Counted from the stretch's first letter, positions 28,586 to 39,876 are shown. The stretch is 64,000 nucleotides of DNA from an uncultured virus (IMG/VR IMGVR_UViG_3300032038_000020) (IMGVR_UViG_3300032038_000020:1-64000); one strand, 5' to 3'. Made by a program: numbers and translations. The notes: generated from the letters alone by a model not told the origin.

Positions 28586-29302
28586 ATGAACAATAACCCG
28601 TTAGATAGTATCAAACTGCCCGAACTTCATAAAGTCACAATTCCCTCAATCGATAAAGACAAGATACCACAGGAGAAAGTGACTATCTCTAAAGAACAGG
28701 AAGTTGAATGGGCTAAAGACCTTATACTCAGAGCAACAAACAATACGTATCTGCTGGAAGAGGGAGAGAAAGATCCTTCTATCGAGATGAAAGAGAAGCT
28801 CGATAAGATGTCAGATGATGAGGTACTTGAGATGGCTGAAAAAGTTGGAGAGTGTATCCACAAGATGGTTCAAAGAAAGAAAGAAGAAGAAGCAACTTTC
28901 AGTATGAAAGCTAAGGCAGAACTACATGAAGAGGATGGAGAGATCGTAGCGAATCCTACCAAAGTCATTAGCTTCAGTCCTGTAGATATAAATGCGGAGT
29001 TACTTTCACCTATAATTAAGGAAAGACTTAGTGCAGAACTTGGTATAGGAGAGATTCCAGATGATCTTGAGACACAAGTACATCTGTGCAGAACATGGCT
29101 CAAGTCTAAAAACTTCTTTGAGCTTCCTGTTGAAGAGATGTATGATTGGCAAGTTATACTGCTCACGACATCAGCTTTAGACGATAAGCTTGAAATGTAT
29201 CATAATCTTGCAAGTATGACCACTAAAGATGTCGAGGAAGCTTCTAAGGATTATGAGACTATGCTTAATAACTTCAATACTGTATTCGGTAAACAAGACT
29301 GA
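28586..29302 (+). CDS. hypothetical protein
   Basis: AGGAGG SD before ATG 28586. Confidence 0.7.
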   Translation: MNNNPLDSIKLPELHKVTIPSIDKDKIPQEKVTISKEQEVEWAKDLILRATNNTYLLEEGEKDPSIEMKEKLDKMSDDEVLEMAEKVGECIHKMVQRKKEEEATFSMKAKAELHEEDGEIVANPTKVISFSPVDINAELLSPIIKERLSAELGIGEIPDDLETQVHLCRTWLKSKNFFELPVEEMYDWQVILLTTSALDDKLEMYHNLASMTTKDVEEASKDYETMLNNFNTVFGKQD

Positions 29303-29373
29303 CATTATATATTATAGAGGCGAGTCCCAAGGATATGTCCTTGGGGCATCTCTATTGAAAGGAGGAATGAGGC

Positions 29374-30210
29374 ATGATTTCATATGCCGACGAAGGGAGC
29401 AATCATCCCAAACACGACGTCGTGTGTATTTTTACTGATGGTGGTATACACGACGGACAATCATCAGCATCATCAGTTATAGGGCTTCTTAGAAACGATG
29501 GAAGTAATGAGCCCTGTTTGGATAAGATAGAAATCTTCTCCAAGTATCACGACAACTCTACAAACAACATCGCAGAGCTGTCGGCTATTCTCTTCGGTAT
29601 AGAGAAAGCCTTTGAGCGTTATAAGAGTTCTGACGATCATACTTACGCATATCTGATCTTCTCGGACTCTGAATACGCAATTCATTCTTTAACAGAGTGG
29701 GTCTTCGGATGGTACAAGACCTACACATGTGAAAAGAAGAATGGCATCGTAGTTCCTTACATGCTCACTAAGTGTGGTACGCCAGTTAAGAACTGCGAGA
29801 TTATCAGTGCTATCATAGGAATGATAGTACATCATCAGGATTGGTTTACCTTCCTACAATTTGTTAATGTGAAGGGTCACACTTGGAAGAAGGGTGGCGT
29901 AGAAGAACAGATGGCATACTATAGAAAGGCTAACCAGACTGATATAACAAAGAAAGAAGCTATCTTCGTGACGAAGTACAATCACATCGTCGACAGAGTA
30001 GCTTCTAATGTTTGTGATTGGGTCCAGGACAATGGATTCGACATAAACTTCGACGACAATGGGGATCCATGTATGCGTTTCACTGTAAAGGGTATGGACT
30101 TCAATGTCTATGATTCCGTAAATGACGGTGTAAGATACTCAAAGTATATGATACTCACTGATGCTATAATGAGATTGTATAGAGAGATCTTAAACCAGAC
30201 GCCGTTCTAA
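29374..30210 (+). CDS. rnhA: ribonuclease HI
   Basis: IFTDGG, TNNIAELSAI, IFSDSEY, VKN, VKGH, NHIVDRVA; early promoter at 29306-29316. Confidence 0.92.
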   Translation: MISYADEGSNHPKHDVVCIFTDGGIHDGQSSASSVIGLLRNDGSNEPCLDKIEIFSKYHDNSTNNIAELSAILFGIEKAFERYKSSDDHTYAYLIFSDSEYAIHSLTEWVFGWYKTYTCEKKNGIVVPYMLTKCGTPVKNCEIISAIIGMIVHHQDWFTFLQFVNVKGHTWKKGGVEEQMAYYRKANQTDITKKEAIFVTKYNHIVDRVASNVCDWVQDNGFDINFDDNGDPCMRFTVKGMDFNVYDSVNDGVRYSKYMILTDAIMRLYREILNQTPF

Positions 30211-30227
30211 TGAAAGGAGAAAGAACT

Positions 30228-30758
30228 ATGTTGACGTTAAACGAAATGATCGATAACGCAGTTGCAAGACTTTCTATCAAGTCTTATGACATAGTGAGCA
30301 TAATAGATCTTTCTAATGTTAAGGCGAACTATTCTTCGTTCTACCATTATAATCTAAACAACTGCTTTATGGTAGAATATGATAAGTACTTTGACATACA
30401 TTACTGCTTCATATGTGATAACGGCTTTGTTGTTGAATATGAAGAAGAAAGATATGTTGTAAATCCCCATGACACCTATAATATCTATAACATAATGGTT
30501 CTCTATGGTGTTATGGGCTATAAGCAAAACGATATAGCTAAAGCACTGAACACTTCTGTGTCTACTATAGGAAATAGAATAAAGATAATCAAGCAGATAT
30601 TAGAGGTATCTGATATAAAAGATTTAGATCCAGAAGATGTTGTCAAGATCAAATATGACCGTACCCACTTACGATTATCTGATCTAAGCAACAAGTTGCA
30701 AGCAATCATCGATAAGTACGAAAGGAGAAAGAACGATGAGAATGTCGATAATGACTAA
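30228..30758 (+). CDS. HTH DNA-binding protein (sigma region 4/LuxR-like HTH)
   Basis: GYKQNDIAKALNTSVSTIGNRIKII. Confidence 0.7.
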   Translation: MLTLNEMIDNAVARLSIKSYDIVSIIDLSNVKANYSSFYHYNLNNCFMVEYDKYFDIHYCFICDNGFVVEYEEERYVVNPHDTYNIYNIMVLYGVMGYKQNDIAKALNTSVSTIGNRIKIIKQILEVSDIKDLDPEDVVKIKYDRTHLRLSDLSNKLQAIIDKYERRKNDENVDND

Positions 30759-31161
30759 GGCTAACAAAGCCGCTAAAAGACTGGGTATCCGTCCTAGTCA
30801 GATCACACATATTCACGATCTCTCAGAAGTCTCCTCAGAGGGAGCTAAGGGAATCATGATCGTGTTTCAGGTAGCAGATGAGAAGTATGCTGCCATTGTA
30901 AGCGACAACGGCCACATTAAGAAGTGGATTGTTGGCGAGAGACATGACAAGGTTGTTAATATGTCTGCAAAGACTAAGAAGTCTATGAGACTCAATAACA
31001 ATCAGTACATCATCTTTCTGTTATACGCCTATGGCTTTACCCAGAGAGCAATAGCTCGTCTGATGGGTTGCAGTATGGAGCCTATTAACAGAAGAATATC
31101 GAACATTCGCCTCATGCTGGAGACAGCTAGTGTAGGCGACGAACTTGAAGAAGAGGACTAA
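30736..31161 (+). CDS. HTH DNA-binding protein, paralog of the upstream gene
   Basis: GFTQRAIARLMGCSMEPINRRISNI. Confidence 0.7.
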   Translation: MRMSIMTKANKAAKRLGIRPSQITHIHDLSEVSSEGAKGIMIVFQVADEKYAAIVSDNGHIKKWIVGERHDKVVNMSAKTKKSMRLNNNQYIIFLLYAYGFTQRAIARLMGCSMEPINRRISNIRLMLETASVGDELEEED

Positions 31162-31165
31162 TCTG

Positions 31166-31456
31166 ATGGATATGGATATATTTGAACGTGGATATACAGC
31201 TTGTACAATGTTAGGGGTTGATCCTAGCACTGTTATTGGTGTAAGATCTATATCTACAGAGGAGAAAGAAGATGTCGGAATAGCATTGGATTGTGGCGAT
31301 TGTATACACGTTCGCATCGACAAGTTTATGAAATGCTACAAGAAAACCGACGATATCTCTATACTCGTAGAGATGTACAAGGACGGTATCGAAAGATCTC
31401 ATATAGCTCAGATCTTCGATATATCGATAAAGACTGTTAACGCATTCACAAAATAA
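31166..31456 (+). CDS. HTH DNA-binding protein, third paralog
   Basis: GIERSHIAQIFDISIKTV. Confidence 0.65.
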   Translation: MDMDIFERGYTACTMLGVDPSTVIGVRSISTEEKEDVGIALDCGDCIHVRIDKFMKCYKKTDDISILVEMYKDGIERSHIAQIFDISIKTVNAFTK

Positions 31457-31469
31457 TGGAGGTAATCAC

Positions 31470-33179
31470 ATGATTAAGTTTGAAATTGAAGGAACCACAA
31501 ACAAGGAGTCATCATACGCTACTATTGGCGTAGACATCGATCCTAATACAGAACACCACACTCATGCAGACTTCGATGTACAGTCTACAGATCATACTTC
31601 TGTATTCAGAATTAGTGGAATACCGATCGCTATGATCAATCACGATGTCAATAAAGAATACAAAAGTTTTAAGCCTACCGATACTTTCAAGCTTCTCGGA
31701 ACCGACTCTACAGGAAACACAAAACAGTTCGATGTAGTTACGGTAGCAAGAAACGGTGTAACCGTACATGCTAACGGAATGTATAAGAACCTAGGTTTTC
31801 TCGAAGGCATCGGAGATACCATATGGGATGAATGCTATGACAAGCATCCTGTGTTCAATGGAATGGAGTATACTGCCGAGATGGATGGCAACAGCTTTAA
31901 CAATCCGTTCCTTGAATATAAGAGATTAAAAACTCTTCCTGATGTAAAAGCAAAAGTCGTACGTTCTAAGTACGAAGGAATCAACACTCAGAAGATTATC
32001 GTAGGAAACTACGATATCGTAGCAAGGGTTGAGGATGGAGAGATTGTAAATATGAACTTCCCCAGAATCAATCAGTGTATCGATATAAGCGATTCTGGTG
32101 ACGATTCGTTTGGATCTACTGTGGTTAAGGTAAATCATAAGATCACTGATATACGTCAGTCAAAGCTTGTAGCCCATGTAGCTTATGTTACTGGAACAGG
32201 TATAGTAATAGAATCCTTGGCAGACGGAAACGATGAATACGAAATAGCTATTGGTAAGAAGGCTGAGAAGCTTGTCTTATCGATACTGAAGTCCAGCGAT
32301 TATATGTCAACATGGATCGCAAAGGGTGCTCATAACTATGACCATATCAATGTCTACTACATCACTCTGAACCAGAACTACGAAGACGTTAAAGAGTACT
32401 TCTATATATCGGATCACTCTTCTTTCTGGGCTCTCTATAGAGCAGATCTGAGAGAGGGCGAACCTGTTCCGATCAAGATTACATTGGAAAATCTCAAAGT
32501 CAACGAGGGAGATAAGTACACATATATGAATACATACTATGACGACTTTGGTGATATAGTGTTTGAGAAGACGATCGTGGACGGAACAAATGAGTCACAC
32601 TACACTGAAACAACCAAGAACTATAAGTTGGTATGTGATGTAGAGCATACGAAAGACGAGTCAAAGTACTCTATAACCATCAATAGAGAAACTGGTGGTG
32701 GCGCTCACATTGCAGCTATAATCGAACGTCTCGCCGATATTGCTAAATATGGTGCAGATAAGTATGTGGATGCTCTTGAATCTATTATCGAGTACAACGA
32801 CAATGGCTACTTCCAGCCTATAAACATGTATCGTTATCTTACAAAGATCGAGAGTATCTGTAAGAATCCTCAGAATGCTCTGAGATGGAACTATACTCTC
32901 TTTAATCCTAAGCGCAGCAAACAGTGCATTGATATTGATCTGTTACTTAACCCTGGCGACATATTCGGCTTAGCAAGACTTATACTCTGGCATAAGGATG
33001 TCTATGAACATGGCCCATGTGAAGAATATAAGCTTCTCGAGAAGATAGAATGGAATTCATTCATGCTTCCAAGCGACTTCAAGTGCGAAGAAGAACCGAA
33101 ACGTGAAAGAAGACTATACAGAAGACATGTGTCTAATGCGTGCGAAGCAATGGCTATGGACGTGGACGTAGACGACTAA
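31470..33179 (+). CDS. hypothetical protein
   Basis: 569-aa ORF with GGAGGT SD; terminator hairpin at about 33192-33232. Confidence 0.75.
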   Translation: MIKFEIEGTTNKESSYATIGVDIDPNTEHHTHADFDVQSTDHTSVFRISGIPIAMINHDVNKEYKSFKPTDTFKLLGTDSTGNTKQFDVVTVARNGVTVHANGMYKNLGFLEGIGDTIWDECYDKHPVFNGMEYTAEMDGNSFNNPFLEYKRLKTLPDVKAKVVRSKYEGINTQKIIVGNYDIVARVEDGEIVNMNFPRINQCIDISDSGDDSFGSTVVKVNHKITDIRQSKLVAHVAYVTGTGIVIESLADGNDEYEIAIGKKAEKLVLSILKSSDYMSTWIAKGAHNYDHINVYYITLNQNYEDVKEYFYISDHSSFWALYRADLREGEPVPIKITLENLKVNEGDKYTYMNTYYDDFGDIVFEKTIVDGTNESHYTETTKNYKLVCDVEHTKDESKYSITINRETGGGAHIAAIIERLADIAKYGADKYVDALESIIEYNDNGYFQPINMYRYLTKIESICKNPQNALRWNYTLFNPKRSKQCIDIDLLLNPGDIFGLARLILWHKDVYEHGPCEEYKLLEKIEWNSFMLPSDFKCEEEPKRERRLYRRHVSNACEAMAMDVDVDD

Positions 33180-33347
33180 GACACAAAGGAATGGCTAGAG
33201 CACAACGCTCTAGCCAACCCAATTTATTTTTTAGAAAGGAAGTGCACATGAACACATCTTCAACCCTTATCATTATGTTACCTGAACAGACTAAATCACT
33301 ATTGTCTGAACTTTATAATAATCAAATCAGATAAAGGAGGGCTTAAC

Positions 33348-34289
33348 ATGCCTAAGAACTATGGTACAACTTACTTATACAACAAGTTCCCCTATGAGGA
33401 GAAGATCTTCAAGTTCATCATGAACGCTGAGCAGATTCCTGTAATGGATAGCTCGTTCGACGATGTGAAGTATGAGTTCAAGAAGAGACAGCTCTCTCCT
33501 GCACTCAGTAAAGTTCTTATAAGTAAAAACGTTATTCTTCTTTCCGCTAAGGATGGAAGACCTGTAAATACTCAGTTCCGTGTATTCTGCTGCAAGGATA
33601 TCAGAAGTAAGTCGAACGACCTTAAGGTCTTCGTAGACGTTACTGGTCTGATATACAGAGACAAGGAAAGCAATGAGTTTAAGTGTCGCAATATCGACAT
33701 ACTCATAGCCAATATCGTGAATGCTATGGTAACTCTTATCTACCACAAAGCAGAGGACAAGATCCTCACTACTACTATCATACATCAGGCTATGGACGCT
33801 TTCTCTAGCCTTATGACTTATATAGTAGACTACCTCACTCATATATCCACCATTCCTTCAACAAAGAGCAAGTGTCAGTATCTCTGCTGCATGTACTTCG
33901 TAAGGAATATTCTTTACAGAAACTTCGACAACAATATGAAGCGTGTAGCTGGTCAGATCTGCGGTCTGTCTGAAAGAGAACAGGATATGATCATCGCTAG
34001 CGTAGATGAAGAGGACGATTTCATCAATCTCAAGTTCTTCATCGAATGCCTCGCTAAATCTATCAAGTCACCTAGTCTCAAGATAGACAACATTGTGGAC
34101 AAGTGGATGTTCTGCTTCGGCTCTAACACTCCATTTGCTATGGAGTACTTCCCTGCATTATCAGCTATGCTGACAGATGCATATACTGGTGCATATATGA
34201 ACAACCAGAAGACAATCGAAAAGGTAGTTGGAAACATTCTCGTATCATATACTAAAGCTGTCATTGAGAAAGGTAGTGTATTAGTATGA
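33348..34289 (+). CDS. conserved jumbo-phage hypothetical protein, probably virion
   Basis: 313 aa; late-type promoter at 33309-33320; first gene of a structural operon. Confidence 0.55.
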   Translation: MPKNYGTTYLYNKFPYEEKIFKFIMNAEQIPVMDSSFDDVKYEFKKRQLSPALSKVLISKNVILLSAKDGRPVNTQFRVFCCKDIRSKSNDLKVFVDVTGLIYRDKESNEFKCRNIDILIANIVNAMVTLIYHKAEDKILTTTIIHQAMDAFSSLMTYIVDYLTHISTIPSTKSKCQYLCCMYFVRNILYRNFDNNMKRVAGQICGLSEREQDMIIASVDEEDDFINLKFFIECLAKSIKSPSLKIDNIVDKWMFCFGSNTPFAMEYFPALSAMLTDAYTGAYMNNQKTIEKVVGNILVSYTKAVIEKGSVLV

Positions 34290-37264
34290 GCAACTTCATA
34301 AGAGATGTGTCTGCTCGTTCAAGGGATATCCCCTTGAACGGGCTTCCAGCTGTATATGAAGACTATGTATACCCTTCGGATACTACGAACAACTACGAAG
34401 AACTCGGTAGTACTAGTCATATCTTTAATCAGCAGCCTATACAGCAGGTAGACTCATATTATAATAACCTCTATAGACACACTATAGAGAAACTTAGATC
34501 ATGCACAGAGACATGGAATGATTACCATAACGCTAATGCTGTTCCTTTCTACATCAAGGAACCAGTATCTGCAAGAATAAACGATGATACTCTTCATATG
34601 AGGATCAACTCTGAAGACAGCAATACCTTTGTTCCAGATGCTTCTACTTTTCTTGTAGAGGACCATATCATGAATGACAAGGATCTTGTTGCTAATAATG
34701 AGATTGAGACAACAAAGAGATTCACATATCGTCTCAACTTCAATCCCTATATGAACAATACCGAGAATCTTGAGGTAATGCATGAAGGACATGCACTTAA
34801 GTTTATAAATGGTACTATCCATATAGTCTCCAGTTATGCTGTCCCTCCAGTAGATGAGAATGATGAAGGTACACTCGATACCCTCACAAGCTTAAAGGAC
34901 ACTGTACTGGACTTCAATATATCCAAAGCTATCGAAGCTTCCAAGTTCAACGATACATTCCTTATCGATATAGCACCTACAGTATCTCAGGAAGAAGATC
35001 TTAAGATAACAACTGATACACCTTTGGATCTTGGTACTATTATAGATACTGGTATACCTTGCACACAAGAAGAACTTTGGAAGAGAGGAATCATAGCACC
35101 GTTTCTGTTCTTTATAGACGGTCATCCTCTTGCATGGCATAATGTAGTCTTCACAACCGACAAGAGAGACACTTATGTCACTTTCATACTCAGATACAAT
35201 CACATTAAGTCTATAGTATCTAACGACCCCTATATCAGATGTGTCGGATTCCCATTCCCTATATACTATATCACACCATATCACTGGGAAGATTACGATA
35301 TAGAAGGTAAGTATGATCTCTTCTGTTGGAAGGGATATGATGATGATTGGTGTGATCATATCTATCCTACTAGCAATCAGAGACAAGCTGCTAGTAACTA
35401 TCTTCTCTATGCCATCTATCCAGCAGTAGATAATGTATACGTAGAGGATATCAATGTAGAGTTTAGCAAACTTCGCAAGGCTAATACTACATCCAACCCT
35501 CTGTACTACAACTACAAGATATCTACAAGCAAACTTCCTTATGAAAACAAGATCAAACGTACCAATGTTTTCTCACTGTTCTATTCTAAGGACTGTAAGA
35601 ACAACACTACTGCTAGAGGAATCATCTCTGAGTTCGATGATGAAGAGAAGATAAAACTTACTTGGCATCCTTTCAATCATCTCAACTTTACAGTTGATCC
35701 TTCTACAATAGATTACGTTGAAGACTACTATGAAGATGAGAGGATCAACATCGATGGAATGTACTTCAGAATCTTCTATAACAAGAAGGTTGTATATGAC
35801 CAAGATAATGTCATGAGACTCTGGAACAAGACCAGGGTAAACCAAGACTATGAGAGATATGTAGCATCTCTTGAGTCTAATATCAAGCTTTTCATCGATC
35901 GTATATACAATCTAGCTCAAGATCCTGTATGGCAAATACATACAGACATAATGCACTTCGACAATATGGAAGAAGGCTCTACTCCTATAGATGAGTTTCT
36001 TTGGTACAGCAACCAAGAAACAAAAGTTAAGCTTCACGAGATAGCAGATGAGATGTTTGAGTCTGACTCAGAGCTGATCAAGAACACTATATCTTCTATC
36101 ATAGATGATGCATCTGTAGAGAACTTCAATACAGATGCTTTAGATGAATGGTGCTTACGTAAAAATCTTCCAGAGATGTTTGTGTATGGCGATAACATGG
36201 ATCTTATCATCAATAACATGGGATTACTGGAAGAGGTGTTTGATTTCAAGTATCGTGATTACAACGATTACTTCAGAGATCTATATGATGCCACTAACTA
36301 TATTATCGGATACGATCCAGACAAACTTGAAAAGACTATCATACATCCTACATTCAGTTATACTAAGACTGGTAAAGAGCTGTATGGTATGGTATATGAA
36401 GACGATACATACGGTCCTTCTATCAAATTCCCTATGGCTGAATGTGATGGTAGAGAATCATACCTTATGCTGTTCCATAATGGAGAACTGTACAGGAATT
36501 ATAACTCGATTCGTTATGACGGTTTCTTCATATACTTCAATATGTCAAAAGACATCGACGTATTAAACTCTGATGATGACAAATGGGAGTTCGTATGGTT
36601 CAGAAACGTTAACAATGGAGTCTACGAGACTACTTACTACAATCATACATCGGATAAGCTTGCTACTATGTACGCAACTACTGGTAGTATAGTCACTCAA
36701 CAGACTGGATATAAAGTAATTGGATGCAATACTGATGTATTCGATCCAGAGGATCTTGTCGTTATGACAAACATAATCAACTCGAATCGATACAAAGAAA
36801 GAATCAAGAGCAATACAGATGCTGAGTTTAGCAAGACAAAGTATCCATTGTACTATAGACTCTTCTCATACGAAGGTCATCATGAAGATCCACAGTATAA
36901 TCACTATGGTGTCTTTAAGTACCTTGCAGACTATAAGCTTAATGGTCTTCATAGAGTATCCAGACAGGGTGGAGGAGAGTATTTCATTCAGCCATACATG
37001 AGCAGCTTCATGAATAGTAGAAGTGTACTTCACTCTAGCCCCGATCCAAACCCAGACAGAATGGCAACCTACAAGAGCAGACCAGGACTCGGATCTCATT
37101 GTTTCGCGTTCTGTCCGAATACAAGTAATGCGAATATATCATATGAAGGCGATACAAGTGGAATGGCTAGTGTATCGAAAGACAATAGCTGGTTCTATGG
37201 AACCAATATAACTACCATCAGATGTAGCAATACTTCATATGCTGTTCGTAAGGAAGAAGAATAA
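34286..37264 (+). CDS. large virion/baseplate-associated protein with an LRR-like C-terminal end
   Basis: 992 aa, ATGA overlap with the upstream gene; repeated L/F-F-x-N/D-G beta motifs; ends LGSHCFAFCPN...WFYGTNITTIRCS. Confidence 0.5.
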   Translation: MSNFIRDVSARSRDIPLNGLPAVYEDYVYPSDTTNNYEELGSTSHIFNQQPIQQVDSYYNNLYRHTIEKLRSCTETWNDYHNANAVPFYIKEPVSARINDDTLHMRINSEDSNTFVPDASTFLVEDHIMNDKDLVANNEIETTKRFTYRLNFNPYMNNTENLEVMHEGHALKFINGTIHIVSSYAVPPVDENDEGTLDTLTSLKDTVLDFNISKAIEASKFNDTFLIDIAPTVSQEEDLKITTDTPLDLGTIIDTGIPCTQEELWKRGIIAPFLFFIDGHPLAWHNVVFTTDKRDTYVTFILRYNHIKSIVSNDPYIRCVGFPFPIYYITPYHWEDYDIEGKYDLFCWKGYDDDWCDHIYPTSNQRQAASNYLLYAIYPAVDNVYVEDINVEFSKLRKANTTSNPLYYNYKISTSKLPYENKIKRTNVFSLFYSKDCKNNTTARGIISEFDDEEKIKLTWHPFNHLNFTVDPSTIDYVEDYYEDERINIDGMYFRIFYNKKVVYDQDNVMRLWNKTRVNQDYERYVASLESNIKLFIDRIYNLAQDPVWQIHTDIMHFDNMEEGSTPIDEFLWYSNQETKVKLHEIADEMFESDSELIKNTISSIIDDASVENFNTDALDEWCLRKNLPEMFVYGDNMDLIINNMGLLEEVFDFKYRDYNDYFRDLYDATNYIIGYDPDKLEKTIIHPTFSYTKTGKELYGMVYEDDTYGPSIKFPMAECDGRESYLMLFHNGELYRNYNSIRYDGFFIYFNMSKDIDVLNSDDDKWEFVWFRNVNNGVYETTYYNHTSDKLATMYATTGSIVTQQTGYKVIGCNTDVFDPEDLVVMTNIINSNRYKERIKSNTDAEFSKTKYPLYYRLFSYEGHHEDPQYNHYGVFKYLADYKLNGLHRVSRQGGGEYFIQPYMSSFMNSRSVLHSSPDPNPDRMATYKSRPGLGSHCFAFCPNTSNANISYEGDTSGMASVSKDNSWFYGTNITTIRCSNTSYAVRKEEE

Positions 37265-37277
37265 GGAGGTGATATGA

Positions 37278-38873
37278 ATGTCAACAGCAAGAATTTACTG
37301 CGGTGCTTCTGAAGAGATTATACGATCTTCTATCACAAGTGATGTAGATACTCTTACAATATATGGTGCTGGTTCAAACTACACACTGACTAAAGAGTTT
37401 GTTGACGTAGTATTATCTCTTGATGCTACTATAACAACTTATAATCTTGAAGAGATACATGCTATCGGAAAGGAAGCTTTTCGATACGTTAAGAACACAG
37501 ATGGTTCTTCAATCGCTATCAATGCTGACGATACATTAGAAGTGATAGAGCCATTTGCATTTGGACAATCGAATGTCCTGAGAAGTATAACTCTTCCCAA
37601 ATCTCTTAAGAGAATAGAGAACTGTGCGTTCTTCGATTCGGCTATAACTACAGTCAAAATCGAACACGAAGACAACGTAGCAGCCTTAGAGTACATAGGC
37701 ATGTCAGCATTCCAAGACTGTACTAGTTTAACTCAATTCGGTAGAGATGGAGCAGAATCGCAGGGTTACTTTACAGAAGGTCTTAAGGTTATTGATGCGT
37801 ACGCATTTGCTAGATGCTCAGCATTGACTATAACCTTCCATGCTCCTGCTAGTCTTGAAACTATAGGAGCATACGCATTTGCGTGGTCTGGTATAAGCGG
37901 ATTCGCTCTACAAGAAGGTTTAAACAAGAGGTCAGGTACTTTACCATCGAATGCTGAATTGGAAGCTCCAGCCAAAATCACACTGTGCTCAAAGCGCCAA
38001 TTCAGGTACTTTCATGTCGACGTTTCTAACGAAGTTAACAGAATTGAGCTTCCAGAAGAGTTCGTTACTTGTGTAAATGATGATCAGTTTATGGTATTCA
38101 AAAACGGTCGTCTTATACCACATGGTAACGTTATGTCGAGACCTGTAGATGGAACTCCTCTGTTCAAATATGAGATCTATATAGATACTCCTAATGCTCA
38201 GCCAGGTGACGTACTCGATATATTCTATATACCAGAGATACTTACTTCCATCAATAGCTCCGTAGAGAACTTCTCTCAGTATAAACCTCCAGAGTCTGAG
38301 ATAGAGGGACTTATAGAGGACTACTCTTTACTCCAACCATATAACTTCCTCCCTGCAGATCAGAAGGGGTTCATTAAACTCAGCACTCCTCTATACAACT
38401 TCAGCAACAAAGACTCTATGTTCATATTCGTCAATGGTAAGAAAGTAGATATAGATCATATATATGATGTGTCTACTGCTACTATGAGGATAACTCAGTT
38501 CCTTCAGCCTCTCGACATACTCAACAACGATGAGTCTAAGCATTACCCAATACAACTCCTCAACTTCCAAGACAATCATAGAATCAATTCATTCGTATTC
38601 TCCAAAGACGGTTTATCACATTCACCAGACCAAGTAAACATTGTACCATTCGAATGCTTGGAATCTTACAACAAACTGTCCATTCTTGATAGAATGCTTT
38701 ACAATCTCCCAATAGATAAACTTGAAGTTCTCTTCCCAATCGAAACAACCGATATGGATGAAGATGACTTCATAGGCGTAAAGTATCCTAGAGACACTGT
38801 TATAGTACAGAGACTATACAATATCAACAAGGAATCTGGAGACGACGAATGGTGGAGATACATTAACAGTTAA
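37278..38873 (+). CDS. virion protein with BspA-type leucine-rich repeats
   Basis: Repeats IGKEAF, IEPFAF, LPKSLKRIENCAF, IGMSAFQDCTSL, IDAYAFARC, LETIGAYAF, then VFKNG/IFVNG domains. Confidence 0.75.
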   Translation: MSTARIYCGASEEIIRSSITSDVDTLTIYGAGSNYTLTKEFVDVVLSLDATITTYNLEEIHAIGKEAFRYVKNTDGSSIAINADDTLEVIEPFAFGQSNVLRSITLPKSLKRIENCAFFDSAITTVKIEHEDNVAALEYIGMSAFQDCTSLTQFGRDGAESQGYFTEGLKVIDAYAFARCSALTITFHAPASLETIGAYAFAWSGISGFALQEGLNKRSGTLPSNAELEAPAKITLCSKRQFRYFHVDVSNEVNRIELPEEFVTCVNDDQFMVFKNGRLIPHGNVMSRPVDGTPLFKYEIYIDTPNAQPGDVLDIFYIPEILTSINSSVENFSQYKPPESEIEGLIEDYSLLQPYNFLPADQKGFIKLSTPLYNFSNKDSMFIFVNGKKVDIDHIYDVSTATMRITQFLQPLDILNNDESKHYPIQLLNFQDNHRINSFVFSKDGLSHSPDQVNIVPFECLESYNKLSILDRMLYNLPIDKLEVLFPIETTDMDEDDFIGVKYPRDTVIVQRLYNINKESGDDEWWRYINS

Positions 38874-38931
38874 TGATAGTGGGTGGAGCAATCCACCCAC
38901 CATTCTATGACACTGAACTATACTATAATCT

Positions 38932-39756
38932 ATGAAAGGAGATGAAAAGTGTCAAATGACTACTACAACACCAAATGAAATTGCTAATGAAGCAACTTCG
39001 GCAGAGTCTGTCGAAAAGTATGCTGAGTTGATAAATAAATACGGTGCGTTGGTTGTTATAGCTGCAGTGTTCTTGGTTATAGTTCTTGCGGTTATGGTAA
39101 TCATGCTAAAGTCTTATTTAAAAACTCAGAGTCTAATTCAATCTCAGAACCAAACAATGTTTGAGGCAATTCTTGACAACATAGCAAGCTCCAAAGAAGA
39201 GAAAACCAAAGATAAGGAAGAGCATAAAGAGCTCGTAGATACATTCATACGAATGTCTGTCCCTATCAGATCTACATTGGAAATTCTAGCAGACCGATTG
39301 AATGCAGACAGGACGTCAGTGTACGTATTCCATAATGGTACAAACACTACTCACGGTCTTCCATTCATAAAGATATCATGTCTGACAGAAGTCATGAAAC
39401 GGGGAACATTAGTCGCAAGAAAAGTCGTACACCATCAAGGACTGCCTTTAGCATCATTTGACAAGAGCATAAGCTATCTCGTATCCAATCAGGTTGGATA
39501 TATTCTTGACAATGACGCGGATGATAGATTCCCAGACATCAAGAATATACTCAACACGGCTGGAGTGATGGCTGCAGGATTTCTTGCTTTGTATGACGAC
39601 GATAATAATATGCTCGGAATCATTGTATCAGAATTTGCGGATAGGAAAACAGAAGAGGAGATGGAAACTGCAATCGATATGATGAAAGAAGAGTCACTCA
39701 AGATCATACCCGTACTTGATTATGCAGACTATCAGTTAAAGAAGGAAGAGGAATAA
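38932..39756 (+). CDS. holin candidate: single TM helix plus GAF-like domain (T4 T-like architecture)
   Basis: TM ALVVIAAVFLVIVLAVMVIML; LNADRTSVYVFHNG...LGII GAF pattern; late-type promoter at 38916-38927. Confidence 0.6.
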   Translation: MKGDEKCQMTTTTPNEIANEATSAESVEKYAELINKYGALVVIAAVFLVIVLAVMVIMLKSYLKTQSLIQSQNQTMFEAILDNIASSKEEKTKDKEEHKELVDTFIRMSVPIRSTLEILADRLNADRTSVYVFHNGTNTTHGLPFIKISCLTEVMKRGTLVARKVVHHQGLPLASFDKSISYLVSNQVGYILDNDADDRFPDIKNILNTAGVMAAGFLALYDDDNNMLGIIVSEFADRKTEEEMETAIDMMKEESLKIIPVLDYADYQLKKEEE

Positions 39757-39876
39757 CTTCAGAGGTCCCCTACCGTGATGGTAGGGGACTTTCTACGTCC
39801 AAATCTTACCAATAACTATATATTATTGTCATGTATCCTTGAGAACCACAACCACTTTGAAAGGAGAATGATAATA

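Noticed and set aside
33248..33334. 28-aa ORF after an AAAGGA SD
   Set aside because: It lies after a terminator and overlaps the next promoter; support is insufficient
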